DNA of 64,000 bases from an uncultured Candidatus Rokubacteria bacterium. Lineage in GTDB: Bacteria; Methylomirabilota; Methylomirabilia; Rokubacteriales; DASRDR01. Position numbers and translations under genes: made by a program. Under the pieces are notes generated by a model. It worked only from the letters and a program-made list of their open reading frames with translations. It searched no databases and was not told the DNA's origin. Shown in pieces: positions 40,640-51,020 of the stretch (positions are counted from its first letter, which is position 1; each line of letters opens with the position of its first letter). The stretch spans positions 128,001-192,000 of the forward strand of contig CAWGVS010000006.1 in the NCBI GenBank assembly GCA_963826115.1, given 5' to 3'.

Positions 40640-42355
40640 ATGCCGAACTCGCTGACCTGGACCCTGCCGGCCGACCTCGAGACCGCGGTCGCCGCATCGC
40701 TCCGCGAGTGGACGGCCGAGGGCCGGGTCGCGCGGCTCTGGGCGCGCGACGCCCGCCTCTGGACGGGCGCCGACGAGGCGAGCTGGCTCGGCTGGCTCGA
40801 CGTCGGCGAGTCCGAGCTGGGCCGTGCGGCCGAGCTCGCGCGCCTCGCCGAGGACGTGCGGCAAGCGGGGTTCACCCACGTCCTGCTGCTCGGGATGGGC
40901 GGCTCGAGCCTCTGCCCCGAGGTCCTCGCGCTCACGTTCGGGAAGCAGCCGGGCTGGCCGGCGCTCTCGGTGCTGGACTCCACGGACCCGGCCCAGGTCC
41001 GGGCGGCCGAGGGGCGCGTCGACCTCCGGCGCACGCTCTTCGTCGTCTCCTCGAAGTCCGGCAGTACGCTCGAGCCGAACATCTTCAAGCAGTACTTCTT
41101 CGAGCGCGTGCGGGAGACCGTTGGGCGGGACCAGGCCGGCGAGCGGTTCGTCGCGATCACGGATCCGGGCTCGAAGCTGGAGCAGGTCGCGCGGGCCGAG
41201 GGCTTCCGGCGCGTGCTGTTCGGCCTCCCGTCGATCGGCGGCCGCTACTCGGCGCTCTCCGACTTCGGCATGGCGCCGGGCGCCTTGATGGGCGTCGACG
41301 TCCCGCGGCTCCTCGCCAACGCGCGAGAGATGGCCCGCGCCTGTGCGGCCCGGGGGCCGGCGGAGGAGAATCCCGGGGCAGTGCTCGGGACGATCATGGG
41401 GGTGCTCGCGCACCGGGGGCGCGACAAGGTCACGCTGATCGCGTCCCCGGGGATCCACGACCTCGGCGCCTGGCTCGAGCAGCTCCTGGCCGAGTCGACG
41501 GGGAAGCTCGGCAAGGGCCTCATTCCGGTCGACCGCGAGCCGCTCGGCGCGCCGGCGGTCTACGGCCGGGACCGCCTGTTCGTGTACCTGCGCCTCGACC
41601 CGGCGCCCGACCCCGAGCAGGACCGCGGGGTGGCGGCCCTCCAGGCGGCGGGGCAGCCGGTCGTCCGCATCGCGGTGCCGGAGCCGTACCGGATCGCGGC
41701 GGAGTTCTTCCGGTGGGAGTTCGCGACGGCCGTGGCCGGCTCGATCCTCGGGATCCACGCCTTCGACCAGCCCGACGTCGAGGCCAGCAAGGTCGCCACG
41801 CGGCGGCTGACCGACGAGTTCGAGAAGACCGGGCGCCTGCCCGACGAGACGCCCATCCTCGAGGCCGACGGGATCCGGCTTTTCGCCGATGCGCGGAATG
41901 CTCGCGAGCTGGCGGCCGGCGGGCGGACCCTGGCCGGCGTCCTCCACGCCCACCTCGGGCGGCTCCGGCCCGGCGACTACGCGGCCTTCCTCGGCTACGT
42001 CGAGATGACGGCGGCGCACGAGGCGGCGCTCCAGGCGATGCGCGCGCGCGTGCGGGACCGGCACCGCGTCGCCACCTGCCTCGGCTTCGGGCCGCGGTTC
42101 CTCCACTCGACGGGCCAGGCCTACAAGGGCGGGCCCAACACGGGCGTGTTCCTGCAGGTCACGTGCGACGACGCCCGGGACCTGCCCGTGCCCGGCCAGC
42201 GCTACACGTTCGGCGTGGTGAAGGCCGCGCAGGCCCGCGGCGACCTGGAGGTCCTCGCGGAGCGGGGCCGGCGCGCGCTGCGCGTGCACCTGGGCCCGGA
42301 CGTTGCCGCGGGGCTCGCGACTCTCGGGAAGGCGATCGCCGAGGCCGCCGGCTGA
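40640..42355 (+). CDS. pgi: Glucose-6-phosphate isomerase (type usually fused to transaldolase; here stand-alone)
   Basis: LGMGGSSL, SSKSGSTLE, IGGRYSALS, WLEQLLAESTGK, FDQPDVE, GPRFLHSTGQ. Confidence 0.9.
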   Translation: MPNSLTWTLPADLETAVAASLREWTAEGRVARLWARDARLWTGADEASWLGWLDVGESELGRAAELARLAEDVRQAGFTHVLLLGMGGSSLCPEVLALTFGKQPGWPALSVLDSTDPAQVRAAEGRVDLRRTLFVVSSKSGSTLEPNIFKQYFFERVRETVGRDQAGERFVAITDPGSKLEQVARAEGFRRVLFGLPSIGGRYSALSDFGMAPGALMGVDVPRLLANAREMARACAARGPAEENPGAVLGTIMGVLAHRGRDKVTLIASPGIHDLGAWLEQLLAESTGKLGKGLIPVDREPLGAPAVYGRDRLFVYLRLDPAPDPEQDRGVAALQAAGQPVVRIAVPEPYRIAAEFFRWEFATAVAGSILGIHAFDQPDVEASKVATRRLTDEFEKTGRLPDETPILEADGIRLFADARNARELAAGGRTLAGVLHAHLGRLRPGDYAAFLGYVEMTAAHEAALQAMRARVRDRHRVATCLGFGPRFLHSTGQAYKGGPNTGVFLQVTCDDARDLPVPGQRYTFGVVKAAQARGDLEVLAERGRRALRVHLGPDVAAGLATLGKAIAEAAG

Positions 42356-42392
42356 CGGCGGCGGGGCCGCGCCGGCGAGAGGGGACGGGAAC

Positions 42393-43377
42393 GTGCAGAT
42401 CGGGATGGTCGGGCTCGGGCGCATGGGCGGCAACATGACGCGCCGGCTCCTCCGCGGCGGCCATCGCGTCGTCGCGTTCGCCGCCGACCCGCAGGCGGTC
42501 CGGGAGGTCGCCCGCGACGGCGCGACCGGCGCGGCGTCGCTCGACGACCTCGTCGCCGGTCTCGAGCCGCCGCGCGCCGCCTGGGTCATGGTGCCGGCCG
42601 GCGCGCCGACGGAACAGGTGGTCGCCGACCTCGGGAAGCGCATGGCGCCGGGGGACGTGGTCATCGACGGCGGGAACTCCTATCTACAAGGACGACGTGC
42701 GCCGGGCGGCGACGCTGCGGGACCTGGGCATCCACTACGTGGACGTGGGCACGAGCGGCGGCATCTGGGGGCTCGAGCGCGGCTACTGCCTCATGATCGG
42801 CGGCGAGGCGGAGCCGGTGGCGCGCCTGGATCCGGTGTTCCGCACGCTGGCGCCGGGGCTCGGCACGATCCCGCGGACGCCGGGGCGTGACGCGCTCGGC
42901 GGGACGGCCGAGCTCGGGTACGTCCACTGCGGCCCGGTGGGCGCCGGCCACTTCGTGAAGATGGTCCACAACGGCATCGAGTACGGGCTGATGCAGGCGT
43001 ACGCGGAGGGGTTCGACGTCATGGTCAACGCGCGGTCGACCGACCTGCCGGCGGCGCACCGCTACGACCTGCCGATCCCCGACATCGCCGAGGTCTGGCG
43101 GCGCGGGAGCGTCGTGAGCTCCTGGCTCCTCGACCTCACCGCCCAGGCGCTGGCGGAGAGCCCGACGCTGGCCGGCTACACCGGAAGCGTGCAGGACTCG
43201 GGGGAGGGGCGCTGGACGGTCATGGCCGCGGTCGAGGAGGGCGTGCCGGCGGACGTCCTCGCCGCGTCCCTGTTCGTCCGCTTCCGGTCGCGGCAGGAGC
43301 ACACCTTCGCCGAGCGAGTCCTCTCGGCCATGCGGCACAAGTTCGGCGGGCACGTCGAGCGGCCCGCGGGAGGCTAG
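42393..43377 (+). CDS. gnd: 6-phosphogluconate dehydrogenase, decarboxylating, copy 2 (+1 frameshift near 42684)
   Basis: GLGRMGGNM...IDGGNSY in one frame; KDDVRRA...[14 protein letters not shown]...FGGH in the next. Confidence 0.92.
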
Positions 43378-44922
43378 ATGAGCGTGGAAGCGACCGCCGG
43401 GCAGGGGCAGCAGGCGCTGGCGGGCGCCCGCCGTCCCGCGCCCCCGTGCACCGTCGTCATCTTCGGCGCCGCCGGCGACCTCACGAAGCGCAAGCTCGTA
43501 CCGGCGCTCTACAATCTCAAGACGGCCGGGCTCCTGCCTCCCGAGTTCGCCATCGTGGGGGTTGCGCGGCGGGACCAGACACACGAGCAGTTCCGCGACG
43601 AGCTGACGCGCAGCATCCGGGAGTTTGCGACCACGCGGGTCGACGAAGCGCTTTGGGGCGAGCTCCGGAGCGCGATGTACTTCCAGGCCGGGGAGCTGTC
43701 CGACCCGGCCGTCTACGCGCAGCTCGCGGACCTCCTGGCGGAGATCGCGAAGCGCCACGGGACGGGCGGGAACGTGGTCTTCTACCTCGCCACGCCGCCG
43801 AACCTGTTCGGCGAGGTCGTGCGCCGGCTCGGCGAGGCCGGGCTCGTGCAGACGGACGGAGACAGCTGGCGGCGGGTGATCGTGGAAAAGCCCTTCGGGC
43901 ACGACCTCGAGTCCGCCCGGGCGCTCAGCGCCGAGCTGGCCCGAGTCCTCCGCGAGGATCAGATCTACCGGATCGATCACTACCTGGGCAAGGAGACGGT
44001 CCAGAACATCCTGGTCTTCCGGTTCGCCAACGGCCTGTTCGAGCCGATCTGGAACCGAACCTACGTCGATCACGTCCAGCTGACGGTCGCGGAGACGGTG
44101 GGCGTCGAGGACCGCGGCAACTACTACGAGACGGCGGGCGTGCTCCGCGACATGATCCAGAACCACCTGTTCCAGCTCCTGGCCCTGGTCGCGATGGAGC
44201 CGCCCATCTCGTTCGCGGCCGACGCCGTGCGGGACGAGAAGGTGAAGGTCCTCCAGGCGATCCGGCCCATGACCCCGGAGCAGATCCTCGACCGGACCGT
44301 GCGCGGCCAGTACGCCGACGGGGTCGGGGACGGCAAGCCCGTGCCGGCCTACCGCCGCGAGCCGAAGGTGTCGCCGACCTCGACGACCGAGACGTACGCG
44401 GCGCTCAAGCTGTTCGTCGAGAACTGGCGCTGGGCGGGGGTGCCGTTCTACCTCCGGTCCGGGAAGCGGCTCGCGCGTCGGAGCACGGAGATCGTCGTGG
44501 AGTTCCAGCGTCCGCCGCTGCTCCTCTTCGAGGGGACGGCGATGAGCCAGATCGATCCGAACCGGCTGGTCCTCCACATCCAGCCCGACGAAGGCATCGA
44601 GTTCCAGGTCAAGGCCAAGCGGCCCGGACCGAAGGCGCGCATAGAGACCGTCAAGCTGGACTTCAGCTACAAGGACTTCGGGGACACGCCGGCGGCGACG
44701 GGCTACGAGCGGCTCCTGTACGACTGCATGGCGGGCGACAGCACGCTCTTCCACCGGACGGACATGGTCGAGGCCGCCTGGCGCATCGCCACCCCGGTGC
44801 TGGACGCCTGGCGCGCCCTCCCCGCGCCGGAGTTCCCGAACTATGCCGCGGGCTCGTGGGGACCGGAAGCCGCGGACGAGCTCATCCGGCAGGACGGACG
44901 GCGCTGGTACACGAGCGAGTGA
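43378..44922 (+). CDS. zwf: Glucose-6-phosphate dehydrogenase
   Basis: [40 protein letters not shown]. Confidence 0.97.
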   Translation: MSVEATAGQGQQALAGARRPAPPCTVVIFGAAGDLTKRKLVPALYNLKTAGLLPPEFAIVGVARRDQTHEQFRDELTRSIREFATTRVDEALWGELRSAMYFQAGELSDPAVYAQLADLLAEIAKRHGTGGNVVFYLATPPNLFGEVVRRLGEAGLVQTDGDSWRRVIVEKPFGHDLESARALSAELARVLREDQIYRIDHYLGKETVQNILVFRFANGLFEPIWNRTYVDHVQLTVAETVGVEDRGNYYETAGVLRDMIQNHLFQLLALVAMEPPISFAADAVRDEKVKVLQAIRPMTPEQILDRTVRGQYADGVGDGKPVPAYRREPKVSPTSTTETYAALKLFVENWRWAGVPFYLRSGKRLARRSTEIVVEFQRPPLLLFEGTAMSQIDPNRLVLHIQPDEGIEFQVKAKRPGPKARIETVKLDFSYKDFGDTPAATGYERLLYDCMAGDSTLFHRTDMVEAAWRIATPVLDAWRALPAPEFPNYAAGSWGPEAADELIRQDGRRWYTSE

Positions 44923-44932
44923 CGGCGGCCCG

Positions 44933-45922
44933 GTGATCCTCGCGGGCGACGTCGGCGGGACCAACACCCGCCTGGCCTGGTTCGACGTCGCGGGTGGCGC
45001 TCTGGTGGCGGGGGCGAGCCGCACCTATCCCAGCCGGCAACACCCGGATTTCGGCGCGATCGCGACCGCGTTCCTCCGTGACGCGCCGGGGACTCCCGAG
45101 CACGTGTGTCTGGGCGTGGCGGGAGCGGTGCGCGACGGGCGCGTCGATCCGGTCAACCTGGCGTGGGACGTCGACGGGCCGGCGCTCGCGGCGCGTCTTG
45201 GCGTCCGCCAGGTCCTGCTACTCAACGATCTCGAGGCCAACGCGTGGGGGCTCGCGGCGCTTCCCGAGTCCGACTTCGCGGTGCTCCAGGCGGGCCAGCC
45301 GGTGCGGACCGGAAACGCGGCGGTGATCTCCGCGGGGACCGGCCTCGGCGAGGCGGGCCTCGTGTGGGACGGGCGACGGCACCGTCCGGTGGCGTCGGAG
45401 GGGGGCCACGCGGACTGGGCGCCGCAGGACGAGATCCAGCAGGCCCTCTGGCGGTTCCTCGCGGCCGAGATGAGCCACGTCAGCGTGGAGCGCGTGCTCT
45501 CGGGGCCGGGGCTCCACAATATCTATCGCTTCCTCCGGGACGGGCAGGGCCTGGTGGAGCCGCCCTGGCTCGCGGACTCGCTCCGCCGCGAGGCGCCCGC
45601 GCCCGTGATCGCCACCGCCGGCCTCGAGGGCCGGGCCGAGATCTGCGTGCGGGCCCTCGGGCTCCTCGTCGCGATCTACGGGGCGGAGGCCGGCAACCTG
45701 GGGCTGCGGATGCTGGCGACCGCCGGTGTGTACCTCGGCGGCGGCATCGCGCCTCGCGTGCTCCCCGCCCTCCGGAGCCGCGCGTTCCTCGACGCCTTCG
45801 CCGCGAAGGGCCGCGTTCGCGCGCTTCTCGAGATCCTGCCGGTGCGCGTCGTCCTCAACGACCGCGCCGCGCTCGTCGGCGCGGCGCGCCGGGCCGCGCT
45901 CGAAGCGGGCCTGCTCGAGTGA
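44933..45922 (+). CDS. glk: Glucokinase
   Basis: AGDVGGTNTR, LNDLEA, AGTGLG, SEGGH, ERVLSGPGL, GGGIAP. Confidence 0.95.
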   Translation: MILAGDVGGTNTRLAWFDVAGGALVAGASRTYPSRQHPDFGAIATAFLRDAPGTPEHVCLGVAGAVRDGRVDPVNLAWDVDGPALAARLGVRQVLLLNDLEANAWGLAALPESDFAVLQAGQPVRTGNAAVISAGTGLGEAGLVWDGRRHRPVASEGGHADWAPQDEIQQALWRFLAAEMSHVSVERVLSGPGLHNIYRFLRDGQGLVEPPWLADSLRREAPAPVIATAGLEGRAEICVRALGLLVAIYGAEAGNLGLRMLATAGVYLGGGIAPRVLPALRSRAFLDAFAAKGRVRALLEILPVRVVLNDRAALVGAARRAALEAGLLE

Positions 45923-46710
45923 GCGCGGCGAAGGGTGGGGCAGGGGACGCGCTGCCGGTCGTGCGCGTGCTGCCCGACGCGGTGGCGGTCCAGCGCGCGG
46001 CGGCCGAGGAGTTCGCCGCGCGCACCGAGGCCGCGGTCCGGGCCCGCGGCGTGGCGCTCGTGGCCCTGTCCGGCGGGTCGACGCCCCGGGGGCTCCACGC
46101 GCTCCTCGCCGACCCGGCCGGGCCGCTCCGCGCGCGGGTCCCATGGACGCGCCTCCACGTCTTCTGGGGCGACGAGCGGTGCGTGCCGCCGGACCATCCC
46201 GACAGCAACTACCGCATGGCCCGGGAGACCCTGCTCGACGCGGTGCCGATCCGGCCGGAGCACGTCCACCGCATGCCGGGCGAGGACCCGGATCCCGCGC
46301 GGGCCGCGGCGCGTTACGCCGACGAGCTGCGCGAGGTCTTCGGCGCCATGGGGCGGCTCGCGGCCGGCTGGCCGCGCTTCGACCTGGTGCTCCTCGGGAT
46401 GGGCGCCGACGGCCACACCGCGTCGCTCTTCCCGGGCACCGCCGCGGTCCACGAGGCGAGCCGCTCGGCCGTCGCGGTCTGGGTGGCGAAGCTCGGCAGC
46501 CACCGGCTCACGCTGACGCCGCCCGTGCTGGACGCGGCCGACGCGGTCGCCGTGCTCGTGAGCGGGCATGACAAGGCGGAGACGCTCGCGACGGTGCTCG
46601 AGGGACCCGTCAGTCCGGATGTCCATCCGAGCCAGCTGCTCCGCCGGCGCGCGGGGGCGACTCTCTGGCTCGCCGACCAGGCGGCAGCCGCGCGTCTCGC
46701 GGACCGGTAG
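45919..46710 (+). CDS. pgl: 6-phosphogluconolactonase
   Basis: LSGGSTP, WGDERCVPPDHPDSN, LGMGADGHTASLFP, RLTLT. Confidence 0.95.
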   Translation: MSAAKGGAGDALPVVRVLPDAVAVQRAAAEEFAARTEAAVRARGVALVALSGGSTPRGLHALLADPAGPLRARVPWTRLHVFWGDERCVPPDHPDSNYRMARETLLDAVPIRPEHVHRMPGEDPDPARAAARYADELREVFGAMGRLAAGWPRFDLVLLGMGADGHTASLFPGTAAVHEASRSAVAVWVAKLGSHRLTLTPPVLDAADAVAVLVSGHDKAETLATVLEGPVSPDVHPSQLLRRRAGATLWLADQAAAARLADR

Positions 46711-46711
46711 C

Positions 46712-47650
46712 GTGAGCGCGCACCTGCCGCTCGCGCTGGTCGGTGGCCACGCGCGGCGCGCCCTGACCGCCGAGCGGTTGTGGCGCGTGCTCCAGGTCTC
46801 CCGGCGGAGCTTCTACTGCCGGAGCGCCGAGGGGTCGCTCGTCCTCGTCGGCCCCGTGACCCTCGGCGCGGGGCCGCTCCATGCGCTCTGGGCCGAGCCG
46901 GTTGCGGACGCGCCGGCGTTTCCGGAGGTCGGGATGCCGGTGGCCGTCGACGACGGCCCGCACTCGTCCCGCGCGTCGCTGACGCTCGGGCTCCGCGCCG
47001 CCCGCGAGTGGCGCCCGCCCGCGCCGCCGGGCTGGACGCCGGCCGCACTGCGGCGCAGCCTCGCCTGGCTCGGCCGCGCCGCGGCCCGCGCGCCCGCCGA
47101 CGGCGTCGGGCGGCTGATCGGCGCCCTCGTGGCGGGAGCGGCGGGCGAGGTGGTCACCACTGCCCGCTCGAGCGTGGCGCGCCACGCGTGGCCCGGACTC
47201 GCCGCGCTGTCGGACTGGAGCCGCGCCGCGCTCGTCGCCGGGTGCGCGACGAGCACGCCACCGGACGCGGTCGCGAGCCTGGTTGGACTCGGCCCCGGCC
47301 TGACGCCGTCGGGCGACGACGCGCTCGCGGGCGCGCTCCTCGCGCTCCACGCCTTCTCGCGCGGCGACCTGGCAGAGGGGCTGGCGGCGTGGCTCCGGCC
47401 CCGGGCCGACGGGCGCACGGGGCTCGTGAGCCTCGCCCACCTCGAGCGCGCGGCGCGCGGCGAGGGTGCGGCCGTCCTCCACGAGGCGCTGGCCGCTCTG
47501 GCCTCGGGCGTGCCGGAGACCGTCCCGGCGGCCGTCAGCCGCCTCGGCCATTCTTCGGGGTGGGACGCGCTCGCCGGCGTGGCCACGGTCGGCGCGGCGT
47601 GGCTCGACGTGGCAGAGCGCGGCCGGAGGCCGCGGGCATCATGCCGGTGA
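46712..47650 (+). CDS. DUF2877 (YlbF/AllH-like) protein
   Basis: LVGLGPGLTPSGDD, GHSSGWD; adjacent to fdrA. Confidence 0.85.
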   Translation: MSAHLPLALVGGHARRALTAERLWRVLQVSRRSFYCRSAEGSLVLVGPVTLGAGPLHALWAEPVADAPAFPEVGMPVAVDDGPHSSRASLTLGLRAAREWRPPAPPGWTPAALRRSLAWLGRAAARAPADGVGRLIGALVAGAAGEVVTTARSSVARHAWPGLAALSDWSRAALVAGCATSTPPDAVASLVGLGPGLTPSGDDALAGALLALHAFSRGDLAEGLAAWLRPRADGRTGLVSLAHLERAARGEGAAVLHEALAALASGVPETVPAAVSRLGHSSGWDALAGVATVGAAWLDVAERGRRPRASCR

Positions 47651-49197
47651 GGACGCGCGTTCTCGCGTCCTTCTACCAGGACTCCGTCGTGCTCATGCGC
47701 GCGGCGGACCAGATCCGCCGGCGGCCGGGAGTGCGGGAGGCCGCCGGGTTCATGGGGACGCCGGCCAACCTGGCGCTGCTCGAGCAGGCGGGGCTGCTTT
47801 CCGCCGAGGCGCGGGCCGCGCGGCCCGAGGACCTGGTGCTCGCCGTCGACGCGGACACCGGCGAGACGGCCGATGCCGCCCTCGCCGCGGCGGCCGACGG
47901 GCTCCGCGCGCGGCGTCGAGCCGGAGACCAGGGCGGCGCGCGCCGCCCTCGAACGCTCGATTCGGCGCTCCGGGCGCTGCCAGGCGCCAACGTGGCGGCG
48001 ATCTCCGTGCCCGGGGCCTTCGCGGCCCGGGAGGCGCAGCGCGCCCTGCGTCACGGGCTCCACGTGTTCCTCTTCAGCGACAACGTGCCGCTGGCGGACG
48101 AGGTCCGGTTGAAGCGCGAGGCGCGCCGGCGTGGCCTCCTCTGCATGGGCCCGGACTGCGGCACCGCCTACCTCGGCGGGGTGGGGCTCGGCTTCGCGAA
48201 CGTCGTGGAGCGCGGGCGGATCGGCTGCGTCGCGGCGTCGGGCACCGGGCTCCAGGCAGTCGTCTGTCACCTGGCGGCGCGCGGTGAGGGGGTCTCGCAG
48301 GGCATCGGCGTCGGCGGGCGCGACCTCTCCGCGGAGGTGGATGCGGAGATGACCGGGCTCGCGCTGGAGACGCTGGCCGCGGACCCGGGCACGGAGGTGA
48401 TCGTGCTCGTCACGAAACCGCCGGACCCGGCGGTCCTGCCGCGGCTCGAGGCGATGCTCGCGGCCACGCGGAAGCCGGTAGTCGCGTGCGTTCTGGGCGC
48501 GCCGGCCCGGTCCCCGAGCGTCTCCACGCAGTGGGTCGCGACGCTCGCGGACGCCGCCGACGCCGCGGTGGCCGTCGCCCGCGGGGATCGGTGGACGCCG
48601 CGGGCCTTCGCCGACCCGGGCGACGTCCGCCGTCGCCTCGCCGGGGCCCGCCCGGACGGCGGTCAGCGCGACCCGGGCATCCTCGGCCTCTACACGGGCG
48701 GGACGCTTGCCCACGAGGCGCGCCTCGTCCTCGAGCCGTACGTCGGCGCGGTGGCGCTCGGCGCCGCCCCGCCCGGAGGCCCCGTCGGCCACCGCGTCGT
48801 CGATCTCGGCGACGATACCTACACGGTCCGGGGGCCCCATCCCATGATCGACCCGACGGCCCGCGCCGCGGACATCGTCGCCGCCGGCGAGACCGCGGGC
48901 GTCGGCGTTCTGCTCCTCGACGTCGTGCTCGGCAAGGGAGCGCATCCGGATCCGGCGGGTCCGGTGGCCGCCGCCGTGGAGGCGGCGCGCGAGCGCGCAG
49001 CCCGGCGCGGCAGGCGTCTCGACGCGGTCGCCTCGGTCGTCGGCACCCCGCGCGACCCGCAGGGCCTCCACCGGCAGGTGGCGTGCCTCGAAGCGGCGGG
49101 CATCCTCGTCCTGCCGAGCAACGCCGAGGCGGCTCGCTTCACGGCTTTGCTCCTCCGCCCGGAGCTGGCCGCCGCCGTGCTGGGGCCCGCGGCGTGA
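47641..49197 (+). CDS. fdrA: FdrA/YahF-like CoA-ligase-fold protein
   Basis: YQDSVVLM, MGTPAN, ISVPG, FSDNV, MGPDCGT, GVGGRDL, GLYTGGTL, PHPMIDP. Confidence 0.92.
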   Translation: MPVRTRVLASFYQDSVVLMRAADQIRRRPGVREAAGFMGTPANLALLEQAGLLSAEARAARPEDLVLAVDADTGETADAALAAAADGLRARRRAGDQGGARRPRTLDSALRALPGANVAAISVPGAFAAREAQRALRHGLHVFLFSDNVPLADEVRLKREARRRGLLCMGPDCGTAYLGGVGLGFANVVERGRIGCVAASGTGLQAVVCHLAARGEGVSQGIGVGGRDLSAEVDAEMTGLALETLAADPGTEVIVLVTKPPDPAVLPRLEAMLAATRKPVVACVLGAPARSPSVSTQWVATLADAADAAVAVARGDRWTPRAFADPGDVRRRLAGARPDGGQRDPGILGLYTGGTLAHEARLVLEPYVGAVALGAAPPGGPVGHRVVDLGDDTYTVRGPHPMIDPTARAADIVAAGETAGVGVLLLDVVLGKGAHPDPAGPVAAAVEAARERAARRGRRLDAVASVVGTPRDPQGLHRQVACLEAAGILVLPSNAEAARFTALLLRPELAAAVLGPAA

Positions 49198-49400
49198 GCC
49201 TCCCGGACGACCTGCAGGACCCGGTCCGCGTCGTCAACGTCGGCCTGGAGCTGTTCGCGGAGACGCTCGCGGCGGACGGGGTCGACGTGATCCACGTGGA
49301 CTGGCGCCCGCCGGCCGGCGGGGACCCACGGCTTGCCGCGCTCCTGGCTGCGCTCGACGACGAGGCTGACCCGCCCGCCGGCGGGCTCGCGTCGCCCTGA
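49194..49400 (+). CDS. Small FdrA-associated protein
   Basis: VVNVGLELFAETL...VDWRPPAGGD; start overlaps the fdrA stop. Confidence 0.8.
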   Translation: MSLPDDLQDPVRVVNVGLELFAETLAADGVDVIHVDWRPPAGGDPRLAALLAALDDEADPPAGGLASP

Positions 49401-49413
49401 GGCGGCGGCCGCC

Positions 49414-50727
49414 GTGACTCGCCGGGCATTCGCGCCCGAGATCGTGTTCCTCACGATCGGCGCGATGGCCGGTGTCCTGTTCATCGTGGTGACCCCGCCG
49501 CTCCGCGGCGCCGACGAGTCGGCCCATTGGTACCGGGCCTACCAGGTGTCGGAGGGCCGGCTCGTGGCGGAGCGGCGGCAGGACCGGGTCGGAGGGTTCC
49601 TGCCGAAGAGCCTCCGGATCACTGCTGACGATCGGCCGTGGCGCGGAGCGCAGGCCTCGCTCCGCGCCGATGAGCGGGCGTTCCTCGATTTCCGTAACAC
49701 CGCGCTCTACGCACCCCTGCCGTACCTGCCGCAGGCCATCGCCATCGCCGCGTGGCGCGGCGTCGGCGTGCCGCCGCTCACCTTGTTCTACCTGGCCCGC
49801 GCGGCGGGACTGGCGGCAGCGCTCACCCTAACCCTCTTGGCGATCCGGGTCACACCGCTCGGGAAGTGGACGTTCCTGCTGCTCGCCCTGACGCCGATGG
49901 CGATTCGCCAGATGAGCCTGGTGACTGCCGATAGCGTCACCCACGCGGCCTGTCTCCTGTTCATCGGCCTCTGTCTCCGCATCGCGCTGGTTCAGGGCAC
50001 GCGGGGAGAGACCGAGTCGACCGCGGTCCTCGGGCTCGGCGCGTTCGTGGTGGCACTCTCCAAGATCGCCTATGCCCCGCTTTCGCTCCTCGCGCTTCTC
50101 CCGCAGACCGAAGGGGACGGGGCCCGTCGAGCCGGGTGGCTCCGCGCCGGCGTCGCGATCGCCCTCGGTGTCGCGGGCATCGCCGCCTGGCTGTGGCTGA
50201 TCCGGGATCTCTACGCGGCCCAGCGCATCGCCCCCGACGCCGATCCGGGGCGGCAGCTGGCGTTCATCCTCGTCGATCCCGTCTCGTACGGGTACGTGCT
50301 CCTGGCCGACGTCGCGGACAACGGGGTGAAATACGTGTGGCAGGGGCTGGGCTACGAGTGGACTTTCCCTACCGCCCTTGCCTGGCCGCACCTCGGGGTG
50401 CTGATCGTCGTGGCGATCCTCGACGGACGGGGCGAGGCCGGGCTGGGCCGGTGGACGCGAGGGCTGCTCGCCGTCGTGGCGGTGGCGACCTACGTGTTGA
50501 TCACCACGATGAACTATCTTGCGTGGAGCCCGATCGGGGCGGCGTCGGTCAGCTTCGTGCAGGGGCGCTACTACATCCCGATCGTCCCGCTGCTACTGCT
50601 GCTCCTGTCGAGCCGCCGCCTCGCATCCGTCGTTCCCGTGTGGCGCCTTGCCGCCGGCGCGACCGCGGCCGCCGTGGTCTTTGCCGGCATTGCGGTCGCC
50701 AACCTGCTCCTGCTCTTTCACCGTTAA
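49414..50727 (+). CDS. DUF2142-like polytopic membrane protein (putative GT-C fold)
   Basis: TPPLRGADESAHWYRAY, YAPLPYLPQA, VQGRYYIP; about 10 TM helices. Confidence 0.8.
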   Translation: MTRRAFAPEIVFLTIGAMAGVLFIVVTPPLRGADESAHWYRAYQVSEGRLVAERRQDRVGGFLPKSLRITADDRPWRGAQASLRADERAFLDFRNTALYAPLPYLPQAIAIAAWRGVGVPPLTLFYLARAAGLAAALTLTLLAIRVTPLGKWTFLLLALTPMAIRQMSLVTADSVTHAACLLFIGLCLRIALVQGTRGETESTAVLGLGAFVVALSKIAYAPLSLLALLPQTEGDGARRAGWLRAGVAIALGVAGIAAWLWLIRDLYAAQRIAPDADPGRQLAFILVDPVSYGYVLLADVADNGVKYVWQGLGYEWTFPTALAWPHLGVLIVVAILDGRGEAGLGRWTRGLLAVVAVATYVLITTMNYLAWSPIGAASVSFVQGRYYIPIVPLLLLLLSSRRLASVVPVWRLAAGATAAAVVFAGIAVANLLLLFHR

Positions 50728-51020
50728 CGCCCGCCGGCGTCGGCTCCCGCGGAGCCGACATCGAAGGACCAGGCCCACGTGCCGCCACCCGTCGCGCCAG
50801 GGGCGCAGGTGGGATGGTCCGGTCCTGGCCGCCGGGGGACAGCGTCACCGGCAGCTCGACATCACGCGAATCCTGCCATGTCGCACCCTTCCGGCCGGTG
50901 ACCAGCCCCGCAGGGGCCCGGGGGCACGGTATCCCATTGGCTTTGCTGGGCGGAGCCGTATTCTTGACGGGCGCCGGCCCCGATTGCAGGATGGCCGCGC
51001 TCTCGTGATGACGTGAACGC

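Noticed and set aside
50728-51020. Riboswitch or ncRNA in the ~290-bp intergenic region
   Set aside because: No recognisable family motif; only a possible TTGACG-17 nt-CAGGAT promoter.
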